Of a DNA stretch of 64,000 nt, positions 1 through 8,540 are shown piece by piece (the first letter of the stretch is position 1; the number at the start of each line of letters is the position of its first letter). The notes under the pieces are model-generated. The model was not told the DNA's origin and did not search any database. It was given only the letters and a program-made list of their open reading frames with translations. The position numbers and the translations under genes are program-made. This DNA comes from Terriglobia bacterium (GTDB taxonomy: Bacteria > Acidobacteriota > Terriglobia > Bryobacterales > Bryobacteraceae). The DNA is taken from the NCBI GenBank assembly GCA_963705675.1, contig CAVPKR010000155.1:1089-65088 (forward strand), read 5' to 3'.

Positions 1-884
1 GCCACACTCGACAAAGGAGTTTGCTTGGTGGGTGAATCGCTTGACCAGCGAGACGTCGGTGCTAGCGACGAGCCGTTCGAGTCGGTCGAAAGGGAATCTG
101 TTACCGAACTTGATAAATAATACCTTGAGACGGCTTTCGAAGGGTTACAAAATCCCCCAGGTTAAACGTATCGCCGTCGATGAAGTATATGCCCGAGGTC
201 TAAAACAGCTCAAAGAGGGGGAGAATCGAGACGACCTGTTCTTTACGGTTATCGTCGATATTGAGACTCACAAAGTCATCTGGGTCTCCAAGAGTCGCCG
301 AAAGGCCGGCGCTCGACTGAGTTCTTTATTCTACTTGGCCCCGAAGCTTGCGAATCCATCGAGGTTGTCGCCACGGACCAGCATGAGGATTACGGGGCCT
401 CGGTTGAGAACACTGCAAGAAGGCCACGCTTGTTTGGGACAAGTTCCACTTGCTCCAAAACTTTGAAGAAGCGGTCAACAAAACCCGCATGCAGCTTCAT
501 GAAGAACAAGGCGCCGGATCCGATATGAAACGCCTATCGAGGGGTCAGTTTCGCTTCCTCTTTCTCAAACGCGCGCACGATTGTACAGAGAAAGAACGAG
601 AGCATATCGATAGCGTTCTTCAAAAAAACGCCGCTTTGCCAAACTCGAAATCATCAAAGAACGCATGCTCACCTTCTTTCAGGAAAAAAACGAGGACTGC
701 CGCTCGTATCGTCTGGGATCAGTTAGGCGACTGGATTCGGCAGGCAGGCTTCGGACATCTCATGGACTGGGACCGCAACCTCGAAAGCGGCTGGGACACC
801 CTCAAAAATTACTTCCGCTACCCCGTTACCACCGGCCTCTCTGAGGGAATCAACAGGGCTATCAAAAATACCGGATCGCGCCTC
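1..884 (+). mobile_element. Degenerate ISL3-family transposase remnant (several frame breaks; cut by the window start and truncated at its 3' end)
   Basis: ORFs 32-466 and 450-1004 plus a third frame read, in order, VKRIAVDEV...FFTVIVDIETHKVIWVSKSRRKA, WDKFHLLQNFEEAVNKTR and GLSEGINRAIKN, matching the ISL3 DDE transposase block order. Transposase-like reading ends after EGINRAIKN (~870), so the usual C-terminal ~40 aa and a right inverted repeat are absent. Confidence 0.65.
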
Positions 885-885
885 C

Positions 886-1492
886 GGTCCAGGTACGCGA
901 CCGTATCACCCGCGGCATCCGTGGAGAGATTCCCGAAACCCCGAAGCCCGGGGACGCCGTGTTCCGCCGGGTCCGGAACCTGGTCGTCGGCAGCAATCGT
1001 TTAGCGGTCGACGCCGCAGCCGCGCAGGCCCGCGAGCTGGGATATCGCGTCAAGATCCTCTCGACCACCATTCAAGGCGACACCCGCGAAGCCGCCGTAA
1101 TGCACGCAGCCATCGTGAAGAAAATTCAAGCCCGTACCCGGCCAGAATGCCTTCTTTCCGGCGGAGAAACCACCGTGAACGTCAAGGGCCGCGGCCTGGG
1201 CGGTCGCAATCAGGAGTTTGTTCTAGCCGCGGCCGTCGCACTCGAAGGCTCAGGTCCCTTCACCATTTTCAGCGCCGGCACCGATGGTATCGACGGCCCC
1301 ACCGACGCAGCCGGAGCGATCGCGAATCAATCCACGCTCGCTCGCGCACGGTCGCTAGGCCTGGACCCGCAGGCCTTCCTCGACGACAACGATTCGTATC
1401 ATTTTTTCGAACAACTTAACGATCTGGTGAAAACGGGACCAACCGGAACCAACGTGATGGATCTGCGGATCATACTGAAACCCGCAAAGTAA
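886..1492 (+). pseudogene. 5'-truncated glycerate 2-kinase / hydroxypyruvate reductase-like gene (MOFRL C-terminal domain only)
   Basis: The frame of ORF 959-1492 is open from 845 and reads ...ITRGIRGEIPETPKPGDAVFRRVRNLVVGSNR...LLSGGETTVNVKGRGLGGRNQEF...GTDGIDGPTDAAGA. This is the C-terminal half of the TtuD/GckA family. The N-terminal (DUF4147) half is missing and the ISL3 remnant sits in its place. Confidence 0.7.
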
Positions 1493-2929
1493 TTACTGGT
1501 CGATTTTCTTCAAAGGACCCGCGGGCGTAGGAACAGCCTTGGTATCCTCTTTCGGCCCCAGCGGCTTATCGTCCGCCGATGCTTTTCGCACTATCGCCTG
1601 TCCGCGATCCGTGTGAATCGTCACCGTCGGCCCCCCCGCCACCGACCCTTTCAGCGACGCGCCCCGCCCATCGCTTTCCTGCCGTATCGGCGCCCCGAAG
1701 TCATTCGTTGCATCCCCACGCGACGTGGTTGCCGTCAGGTCGAACTTCGCACCCGCCGGAATCGAGAGCTCGACGTCGCCCGACCGCGTCGTCGCCTCGA
1801 TGCGCGACAACGGCACACGCACCGGCCGGATCGTGAGATCTCCACGATCCACCGAAACTTCCAGCGAATTGGTAAAGTCGCTGATCTGTACGTCTTTCGA
1901 TCGCGTCGTCAAGGTGACCGGTCCCACCAAACCCGAAGCCGTCAGATCGCCCAACGCCATTCTGACTTGGCCGGGCAGCTTCTCGATATTCAAGGTCGTC
2001 GTCTGCCCCTGGAATCGCAGTTGCTTCGACAGATTCTTGAATTGAAGGATTCCCGAGTACGAACCGTTAATGGTCACCCCTCCGTCGATATTTTGCAGAT
2101 CGACATCCGAGCCTCGGCCTCTCAGCTCGAACACGCCCTTCACTCCAGTCGCCCGAACCACGTCGCTGCGCTTCAAGTCGACGCGGGCGTCGCCGCCGAT
2201 ATTCTGAAGCCGCACCCCGGCGTTGTCGGAGGTGATGTCGACGTTTCCGGCGACGTCGGTGATATCGAAATCCCCCAGCCTTCCGTGCGCCTCAATCGTG
2301 GAGCCCTTCGGAACCATGATTTCCATGTCCGCATTCAGGCGGACGTTTCCCCCCGAAATGCGATCCTGATTGTTACGAATCGTGATCAGATTCGAGTCTC
2401 CGCCGACTTCAAAAGGCGCGTTCTGGTTGGCCTGGTCCGCTCCGCTTTGTTCCAGGCTGCGAATGGTGCGATGACCGGTGACTTTCACCGATGTCGCATC
2501 CACACCCGTGATCCGGGCGTTCCCGCGAAAATTCTCGATCACCACGTGAGGCGAGGTTCCGCACGGTTTCTCGCCCGAAATCGGATACTCGTAGTTCTCC
2601 CCGAACATATCGAGCCCGCCGACGCTGATCCCGCTATGCGGCCACCAGCTATTGAATCCACGCACCGCATGCAGACTCGCGCCGAAGATGCACAGAAACA
2701 CCACCAGCACCCATTCGCCAGCCGAAACGCCAGCCGGAGGCAGCGGCTTTTCAGTGGCCGCCCAAAACACCACTTCGCCTAACCGAAGCGCGCCCCACAG
2801 GATCAGCAGGAACGGCCAATACTTGGCGAGATAGTCGACCAGCGGCAGTTCCGGCATCAGATTGCGCGCCATAAAAAGGACGCCCACCGCGATCAGGACC
2901 AGCGGCGCAACGACCGAAGACCGTCTCAT
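1493..2929 (-). CDS. DUF4097-type beta-strand repeat protein with an N-terminal LiaF-like membrane domain
   Basis: ORF 1493-2995. N-terminal TM helices (LAKYWPFLLILWGALRLGEVVFW) are followed by repeated G-D/N-V/I-x-L/V units typical of DUF4097. Start chosen at ATG 2929 (MRRSSVVAPLVLIAVG), which overlaps the stop of the upstream small ORF as ATGA. Confidence 0.7.
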   Translation of the reverse strand: MRRSSVVAPLVLIAVGVLFMARNLMPELPLVDYLAKYWPFLLILWGALRLGEVVFWAATEKPLPPAGVSAGEWVLVVFLCIFGASLHAVRGFNSWWPHSGISVGGLDMFGENYEYPISGEKPCGTSPHVVIENFRGNARITGVDATSVKVTGHRTIRSLEQSGADQANQNAPFEVGGDSNLITIRNNQDRISGGNVRLNADMEIMVPKGSTIEAHGRLGDFDITDVAGNVDITSDNAGVRLQNIGGDARVDLKRSDVVRATGVKGVFELRGRGSDVDLQNIDGGVTINGSYSGILQFKNLSKQLRFQGQTTTLNIEKLPGQVRMALGDLTASGLVGPVTLTTRSKDVQISDFTNSLEVSVDRGDLTIRPVRVPLSRIEATTRSGDVELSIPAGAKFDLTATTSRGDATNDFGAPIRQESDGRGASLKGSVAGGPTVTIHTDRGQAIVRKASADDKPLGPKEDTKAVPTPAGPLKKIDQ

Positions 2930-3099
2930 GCGCTTCGAACCCCCGCCCGTTCCGCCAGTTTCAGCAGCCCGAACACGATCAGCAGCGCCGGCCATGTCCG
3001 GCCGAAGCTATATGCCCCGAGCTGATCGATTGCCAGCAGCGTGCCCAGCGTGATCATCAGCACCGGCCCTCGAATCGCGCAAATAAAACTTCCGTTCAC
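2926..3099 (-). CDS. Small (57 aa) two-helix membrane protein, LiaI/LiaF-like (DUF5668-like); absent from the ORF track
   Basis: My own translation of the minus strand gives VNGSFICAIRGPVLMITLGTLLAIDQLGAYSFGRTWPALLIVFGLLKLAERAGVRSA*. The GTG start overlaps the upstream stop (GTGA) and the stop overlaps the downstream ATG (ATGA). The RTWP-LLI motif recurs in neighbouring genes (RYWPVLLIALG, KYWPFLLILWG). Confidence 0.55.
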   Translation of the reverse strand: MNGSFICAIRGPVLMITLGTLLAIDQLGAYSFGRTWPALLIVFGLLKLAERAGVRSA

Positions 3100-3819
3100 G
3101 ACCGTTCTCCTCGAGTCCCGTTAGTGGAATCCGGCGCCATCCGCAGGTACAACATATAAGCGCCCAGTGCGATCAGCAACACCGGCCAATACCGCAAAGC
3201 GCGATGCAGATCCAGAACATCCAGATTGTCCAGCAGGAAAATCACGCCCAACGCGATCAGCACCACGGGAGCAACCGGGAACCTGGACGATCCGGCGCGC
3301 ATCGGAATCAGGCTCGAAAATTCGTCAACCGCCAGACCCTGCTGCCGCCGCTTCGCGGTGTGAAATGCTTCAAACGCCATGTAAGCCCAGAATCCCGCCA
3401 GCAGCAAGCTCAGCAAAGGCTCCAGCCCGTTGGCCGCATTGTTGCGACATGATGCTGATCATCAGCCCGACAATGATCGCGTGGACCAGCCCCTTGGCAT
3501 ACTGCCCGTTGTAAATCGCACCGACGCCCGGGATCAATCCCAGCAGAAACGCCAAGCCCGGTGATACGTCGGGATTCGGCACAGCGCCCAATCTCCCCGT
3601 ATAGGGCGATGCGTAAGGCGAAGCGTCGATTACCGGAGGCGCCGTCGCCGGCTGCCCGATCGGTGGAGGGATAGGTTCCGCAAAGCTCGATACAGCGGGA
3701 TTAGATAAGGCCATATGCTCCTCGCAATAAATGGTTCCGTTCGCCGACCGGACGCTCGCCGCGTCCAGCGGCTTCCCGCACTGGCGGCAATATCCTACTA
3801 CGGTGGGATTTGTGCTCAT
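3096..3819 (-). CDS. Zinc-ribbon / multi-pass membrane protein with a C-terminal LiaF-like segment; split by one frameshift near 3440
   Basis: ORF 3370-3867 (MSTNPTVVGYCRQCGKPL...IYCEEH...GVGAIYNGQYAKGLVHAIIVGLMISIMS) continues, after a 1-nt frame change, as AANGLEPLLSLLLAGFWAYMAFEAFHTAKRRQQG... in ORF 3096-3416. ATG 3819 overlaps the anti-sigma stop as ATGA. Confidence 0.6.
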
Positions 3820-4373
3820 TTGGATTCCGCCGGTTTCGTCTTCGAGTCGTCGGCCTGATCGGTCCATTCCTTCAACTGCGTCTGGATCTCAAACACCACT
3901 CGCAGATTCTCGTAATACTTCACGCTACGCTCCCAAGTTCGATGGATGCGATCTTCCGCCGCCATCCACACTTTTACCGGGTCCAGATCCGCCGGCCTCA
4001 ACTGGCGCACCTCGATCCCCGAAAATCTTCCCAGCATCGCGAACGACAAAATAGTCATTGCCACGCTCATGCTGAAGCGCGGCTGGAGGAATCGCTCACC
4101 CCAGCTTCCGAACAGCCTTCGCGACCACGACGGTTTCACCACCGCATGGCTTGGACCCGCCGTCATCTCAAACAGAATCCGCGTCACCAGTTGCGGAGGA
4201 GCCTCCACCGTCGCCGCCCGGCCCATGAATGCCACCGCGCCCGTGATGTCCCGCAGCAACTCCGTGCATTCCGCGCATGACGCCAGATGACTCTCGACGG
4301 CAGACTTCTGCTCTCCGTGGAGGGTTTCATCCACGTAGTCGGCGAGCAGAACTTCTAAATCCGCGCAAGTCAT
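3816..4373 (-). CDS. Anti-sigma factor (zf-HC2 type)
   Basis: The N-terminus MTCADLEVLLADYVDETLHGEQKSAVESHLASCAECTELL carries the H-x3-C-x2-C zinc motif. The gene lies immediately downstream of an ECF sigma gene. Confidence 0.8.
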   Translation of the reverse strand: MTCADLEVLLADYVDETLHGEQKSAVESHLASCAECTELLRDITGAVAFMGRAATVEAPPQLVTRILFEMTAGPSHAVVKPSWSRRLFGSWGERFLQPRFSMSVAMTILSFAMLGRFSGIEVRQLRPADLDPVKVWMAAEDRIHRTWERSVKYYENLRVVFEIQTQLKEWTDQADDSKTKPAESK

Positions 4374-4419
4374 AACTAATCCGATACGGCGATCAATCGT
4401 ACACCTTTCGTTACACGTT

Positions 4420-5085
4420 TCATACCGCCACCTTGTGGCGCCGCAGAATTCGTGCCAGTTCCGCCCGTCCGCGGTTCAATCTTGACTTCACAGTGCCCTC
4501 CGGCACGTTCAATACATCGGCGATCTCGCGATATTCCAACTCCTCCAAATCGCGCAGGATTACAGTCTCGCGCAATTCCGGAGAGAGCTTTTGTAAAGCT
4601 CCTTGTAGAAGCTCGCTCGCCTCTCGCCCGGCCACCAGCCCGTCGGTCCGGCTGAGCATCGTCGTCTTCTGTTCGAGCATGGGAAGCTGCTCCTCGATCG
4701 AGTCCGTCGCCCGGTCGAGCCGCGTACGCCGGTAATGGTCGATCAACAGATTCCGGCTCAACCGCGCCAGCCATACGGCAAACGATCCCTCACCCGAGCG
4801 GAAGCTTTTCAAGGACCGGAACACCCTCAGGAACACTTCCTGCGTAAGATCCTGAGCTTCCTGGTCGGTTCCCGTAAATCGATAACAGATTGAATACACA
4901 CGCCGGGTATGGACCCTCACCAGGTCCTCCCACGCGGCCTCTTCCCCCGCAAGGCATCGCTCGACTAGGTGAGTGTCGGCGTCCAGAAACTGTCCCCGTT
5001 CGCGCGCCGTCCACCACGGAACCGTCGTTGTTGCGGCACCGTACCGGCTCGTCGTGCTAATCTGTCCAACTGTGACCGCCGCCAT
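4420..5085 (-). CDS. ECF-type RNA polymerase sigma-70 family factor
   Basis: Region 2 reads AWEDLVRVHTRRVYSICYRFTG...EAQDLTQEVFLRVFRSL. Region 4 reads LRETVILRDLEELEYREIADVLNVPEGTVKSRLNRGRAEL. Confidence 0.9.
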   Translation of the reverse strand: MAAVTVGQISTTSRYGAATTTVPWWTARERGQFLDADTHLVERCLAGEEAAWEDLVRVHTRRVYSICYRFTGTDQEAQDLTQEVFLRVFRSLKSFRSGEGSFAVWLARLSRNLLIDHYRRTRLDRATDSIEEQLPMLEQKTTMLSRTDGLVAGREASELLQGALQKLSPELRETVILRDLEELEYREIADVLNVPEGTVKSRLNRGRAELARILRRHKVAV

Positions 5086-5137
5086 GATTCTCTTCGTCCC
5101 CGCCAGTTCCGGACGCTTATTACCTTCCAGTAATGAG

Positions 5138-5162
5138 AACGAAGAACTAACATGATAAGTTC
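5138..5162 (-). promoter_or_regulatory. Candidate ECF-type promoter (GAAC-N17-CGTT) upstream of the sigma gene
   Basis: The minus strand reads cGAACttatcatgttagttcttCGTTc about 53 nt upstream of the 5085 start. This matches the AAC / CGT pattern of autoregulated ECF promoters. Confidence 0.3.
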
Positions 5163-5239
5163 GATTTACATTCTATCCAGCCCGGGCCCTCCGGGACCAG
5201 CGAATTCGACGTTCGGACGAAAAAGGCAGCGCTAAGCCC

Positions 5240-6283
5240 TTGAAGAAAAAACAGCTCGGGATCGCGATCGCCGTCGTGGCCGCCGTAGGGGCCGTCGCCT
5301 TCCTGATTTATCGCTGGCGGACCTCCGGTTTCGATTGGAGCGCCTTCCTCGACACCCTGCGGCACGCCGATATGTCCTGGATGGTGCTGGCGATCGCTCT
5401 GGTGCTGGCCACCTACGTCGGCCGCGTCCTGCGATGGGAAGTGATGCTCAGGCCACTCAGGAAAGACGCCAGCCTGAGGGGGATTTTTACAGCTACCGCC
5501 ATCGGGTTCACCGCCGTCGTCCTTTTCGGCCGGGCGGGGGAGGCTGTCCGGCCGTATTTGATCGCCAAGAACGAAAATGTGACTTTTTCAAGCCAGATCG
5601 CCGCCTGGATTGTCGAGCGCATTCTGGACCTCCTGATGGTCCTCTTAGTCTTCGGCATCGCCTTAACACAGGTTTCCTCAAGCGCCATTCAACCCGGCCC
5701 GAAAACCCGCGTGATTCTCGAAATGGGTGGCTACATTGCGGGGCTCACCGGTGCCATCTGCCTGGCGTTGCTGATTGTTTTGAGGCAGTTGCGTGGAGAC
5801 CTTCTCGGCCGCCTGCTGAACTGGCTCAAGTTCCTGCCGGAAAAGGCCGTGGAACGCATCAAAACCGTGCTCGAATCGTTTGAACAGGGTATGCAATCCA
5901 CCCGAAGCGGCGCCTTTACCCTGCTTCTGATCTTTTACACGATCGTCGAGTGGCTGGTGATCGCCGGGTCGTTCTTCTGTGTCATGCACGCGTTTCCAGC
6001 GACGGCCAAGCTTGGGATCACCGATGTCGTGATTCTGCTCGGCTTCGTTGCCTTTGGCAGCGTCGTCCAAATACCCGGCGTCGGGGGAGGCATGCAAATC
6101 GCAGCGGTCCTGGTACTAACGGAGTTCTTCGGCGTTGGATTTTCCGTTGCGAGCGGAATCGCTTTGGTCCTTTGGATCATCTCATTTGTAGTCATTGTGC
6201 CGATCGGCTTGACCCTGGCCTTCAAGGAAGGGATTAAGTGGCGTAGCCTAAGGCATATAAAGCCCGAGGAAAAATCATCGTGA
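5240..6283 (+). CDS. Flippase-like / lysylphosphatidylglycerol-synthase transmembrane-region family membrane protein (UPF0104)
   Basis: 347-aa polytopic protein. The N-terminus ([40 protein letters not shown]) is typical of the TIGR00374 family. Confidence 0.6.
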   Translation: MKKKQLGIAIAVVAAVGAVAFLIYRWRTSGFDWSAFLDTLRHADMSWMVLAIALVLATYVGRVLRWEVMLRPLRKDASLRGIFTATAIGFTAVVLFGRAGEAVRPYLIAKNENVTFSSQIAAWIVERILDLLMVLLVFGIALTQVSSSAIQPGPKTRVILEMGGYIAGLTGAICLALLIVLRQLRGDLLGRLLNWLKFLPEKAVERIKTVLESFEQGMQSTRSGAFTLLLIFYTIVEWLVIAGSFFCVMHAFPATAKLGITDVVILLGFVAFGSVVQIPGVGGGMQIAAVLVLTEFFGVGFSVASGIALVLWIISFVVIVPIGLTLAFKEGIKWRSLRHIKPEEKSS

Positions 6284-6753
6284 CGTGTCCTTTTTGCGGC
6301 CACAAAGAGGACCGGGTAATCGATTCGCGGGAAAGCAAAGAGGGCGACGTGATCCGTCGCCGCCGCGAATGTCTGGGCTGTGAACGTCGCTTTACCACCT
6401 ATGAGCGTAGTGACGAGATCCCCTACATGGTCGTCAAACGGGATGGGAGGCGAGAGAAGTTCGATCGCCAGAAAGTCCTCGAAGGGCTTCTAAAGGCTTG
6501 TCAGAAACGGCCTGTAGCGATGGCGAAACTGGCCGAAGTGGTGGACGAAGTGGAATCGTCCGCTGGCTGACAATCCGGATCGGGAGATTCGACCACCGCG
6601 ATCGGGGAGATGCTGATGGAGCGGCTCAGGACGCTGGATAAGATCGCGTATGTGCGGTTTGCCTCGGTTTATCGGGATTTCCAGGATGTTGAAGCGTTTC
6701 TGAATGAGTTGAAGGACCTGTCTGCCAGCGACGAGGCGCAGGGTGAGACCTAG
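6280..6753 (+). CDS. nrdR: Transcriptional repressor NrdR, interrupted by an in-frame TGA at 6568-6570 (apparent pair of compensating indels)
   Basis: [19 protein letters not shown]...[12 protein letters not shown] is the zinc ribbon, followed by an ATP-cone. After the TGA the same frame continues ...[40 protein letters not shown] to TAG 6751-6753. Confidence 0.85.
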
Positions 6754-6994
6754 ATGACATCTGTAACCAAGCGACATCCAGAAACATCTTTTGAAATAGG
6801 GACTTAACATGAACGAAAGAAGACTGTTATACTGATTGCTAGTCCCCGGTCCGACGGAGAGCATGAAGTGCGTCCCTGATGTACTTGTAAGCTTTTGTGC
6901 ACAAAGGACTTAACGGGACTGGTACCCCAAGGCAAACGTTCAAGCCTGAGGCCTGAAGAGAAATTGGCGTTGTCGATTGGGGGAGGTGAACACG

Positions 6995-8527
6995 GTGGAT
7001 CATTTCGAAGATCAATTTTTAGGTGAAGGGTCACGAGCCGCTCGGGATTCCTTTCGATGAAGAAGGGGCTTTTTCCATCCCGAGGAAGCTCATGACGGCG
7101 AAGAATTCGCCGCTGCGCAACGGTCGAAGAGTCGATTTATACGGATGATCCGGTCCGCGTGTACCTTCGCGAAATGGGTGCCGTTCCGCTGCTGACGCGG
7201 GAAGGCGAAGTGAATCTCGCGCGTCGCATGGAACGCGGTAAGCTGCGGATGCAGAAGGCGATCAGCCGTTCAGCGCTGGTTCAACTTCGGGCGGTGGAAA
7301 TCGCCGAGGCGATCAAGAAGGAGACCGAGGAGCTCGACACGTTTCGCGATCTGGGCGACCTGGAAGAGGAGAGCGCGGCCTACACCAAGCGCCGCAACGA
7401 AGTAAAGCAGGACTTGGCGGAGATCGTCAACCTGCACAAGAAGCTGCTGCAAGTGTCGGACAAGCTGGCGGATGTGCCGCTCAGCAACAAAAAGCTGCGG
7501 AAAAAGTGGATCGGCAAACTGGCACGGGCTCGCGTGGCCACGCGCCAAAGCGATCCGCAAAGTCCCGTTCTATCTTTCGCAATGGAAGCAGTTCGCCAAA
7601 GAAATGGAGCGGGTCGTCGAAGAAATTTCGCATCTGGATCAGGATCTTCGCAAGCTGGAAGGCCGTTCCAGCCAAACCGCCCAAGCCAGAGCCCGCGAAT
7701 TGAAGCGCGAAGTCCGCAAGCGGGAGCAGATGGCCGGCGCGGTTCTGCCGGAGCTGAAGCACACTCTCACGGTTATCCGCCACGGCGAAATCGAAGCCGA
7801 GCGAGCCAAGAAAGATCTGGTGGAAGCCAATCTTCGGTTGGTGGTATCGGTAGCGAAGAAGTACGTGAATCGTGGCCTGCATCTTCTTGATTTGATTCAG
7901 GAAGGCAATATCGGCCTCATGCGCGCCGCCGACAAGTTCGAATACCGGCGCGGCTACAAATTTTCGACTTACGCAACGTGGTGGATTCGCCAGGCGATTA
8001 CCCGCGCCATCGCGGACCAGTCGCGCACCATCCGTATTCCCGTTCACATGAACGAGAGCATGAACAAGTTCCTGCGGGCCACGCGCGAGCTCGAAAAAGA
8101 GCTGGGCCGGGTTCCGACCAACGACGAAATCTCGCGCCGGATGGATATTCCGGTGGAGAAGGTCCAGAAGCTGAAGACCATCTCGCGCGACCCGGTGTCG
8201 CTCGAAACTCCGGTCGGCCGCGACGGTGAATCCGCGCTGGGCGATCTGATCGAAGACCGCTGGGTGGGCTCTCCCGTCGATGCGGTGATCGACACCAACG
8301 TTCGCGACGAAACCGCGAACATTCTGAAAACGCTTTCTCCGAAAGAGGAGAAAGTGATCCGGCTCCGCTTCGGCATCGGCTGCGAGCGGGAGCATACGCT
8401 TGAAGAAATCGGGCAGGAGTTCGACGTAACCCGCGAACGCATCCGCCAAATCGAAGCCAAAGCGTTGCGGCAGCTCCGGTCGCCGGAGCGGGCTCGCCAT
8501 CTACGCGCTTTACTTGCAGCTCGTTAA
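6995..8527 (+). CDS. rpoD: Primary RNA polymerase sigma factor RpoD, read across about 4 frame changes (~7031, ~7082, ~7119, ~7540)
   Basis: GGGAGG lies 8 nt upstream of GTG 6995. The acidic N-terminus [12 protein letters not shown] / [17 protein letters not shown] / [13 protein letters not shown] / [19 protein letters not shown] is spread over three frames. ORFs 7159-7890 and 7472-8527 supply the remainder, including [19 protein letters not shown] and [28 protein letters not shown]. Confidence 0.85.
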
Positions 8528-8540
8528 GGAGCTTTTCTTC

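Noticed and set aside
6568-6570. The in-frame TGA in nrdR as selenocysteine or programmed read-through
   Set aside because: No hairpin follows the TGA. NrdR has no redox residue at this position. A shifted frame over the flanking ~35 nt matches the family far better, pointing to paired indels.
7481-8500. Long antisense or overlapping ORFs, such as 7481-8500(-) opposite rpoD, 1613-2782(+), 15259-16176(-), 17129-17941(+), 17409-18203(-), 48093-48971(-) and 53335-54141(+)
   Set aside because: These are typical shadow ORFs of GC-rich DNA. Their composition is Arg/Pro/Gly/Ala-rich, they show no recognisable motifs, and each lies opposite or out of frame with a well-supported gene.
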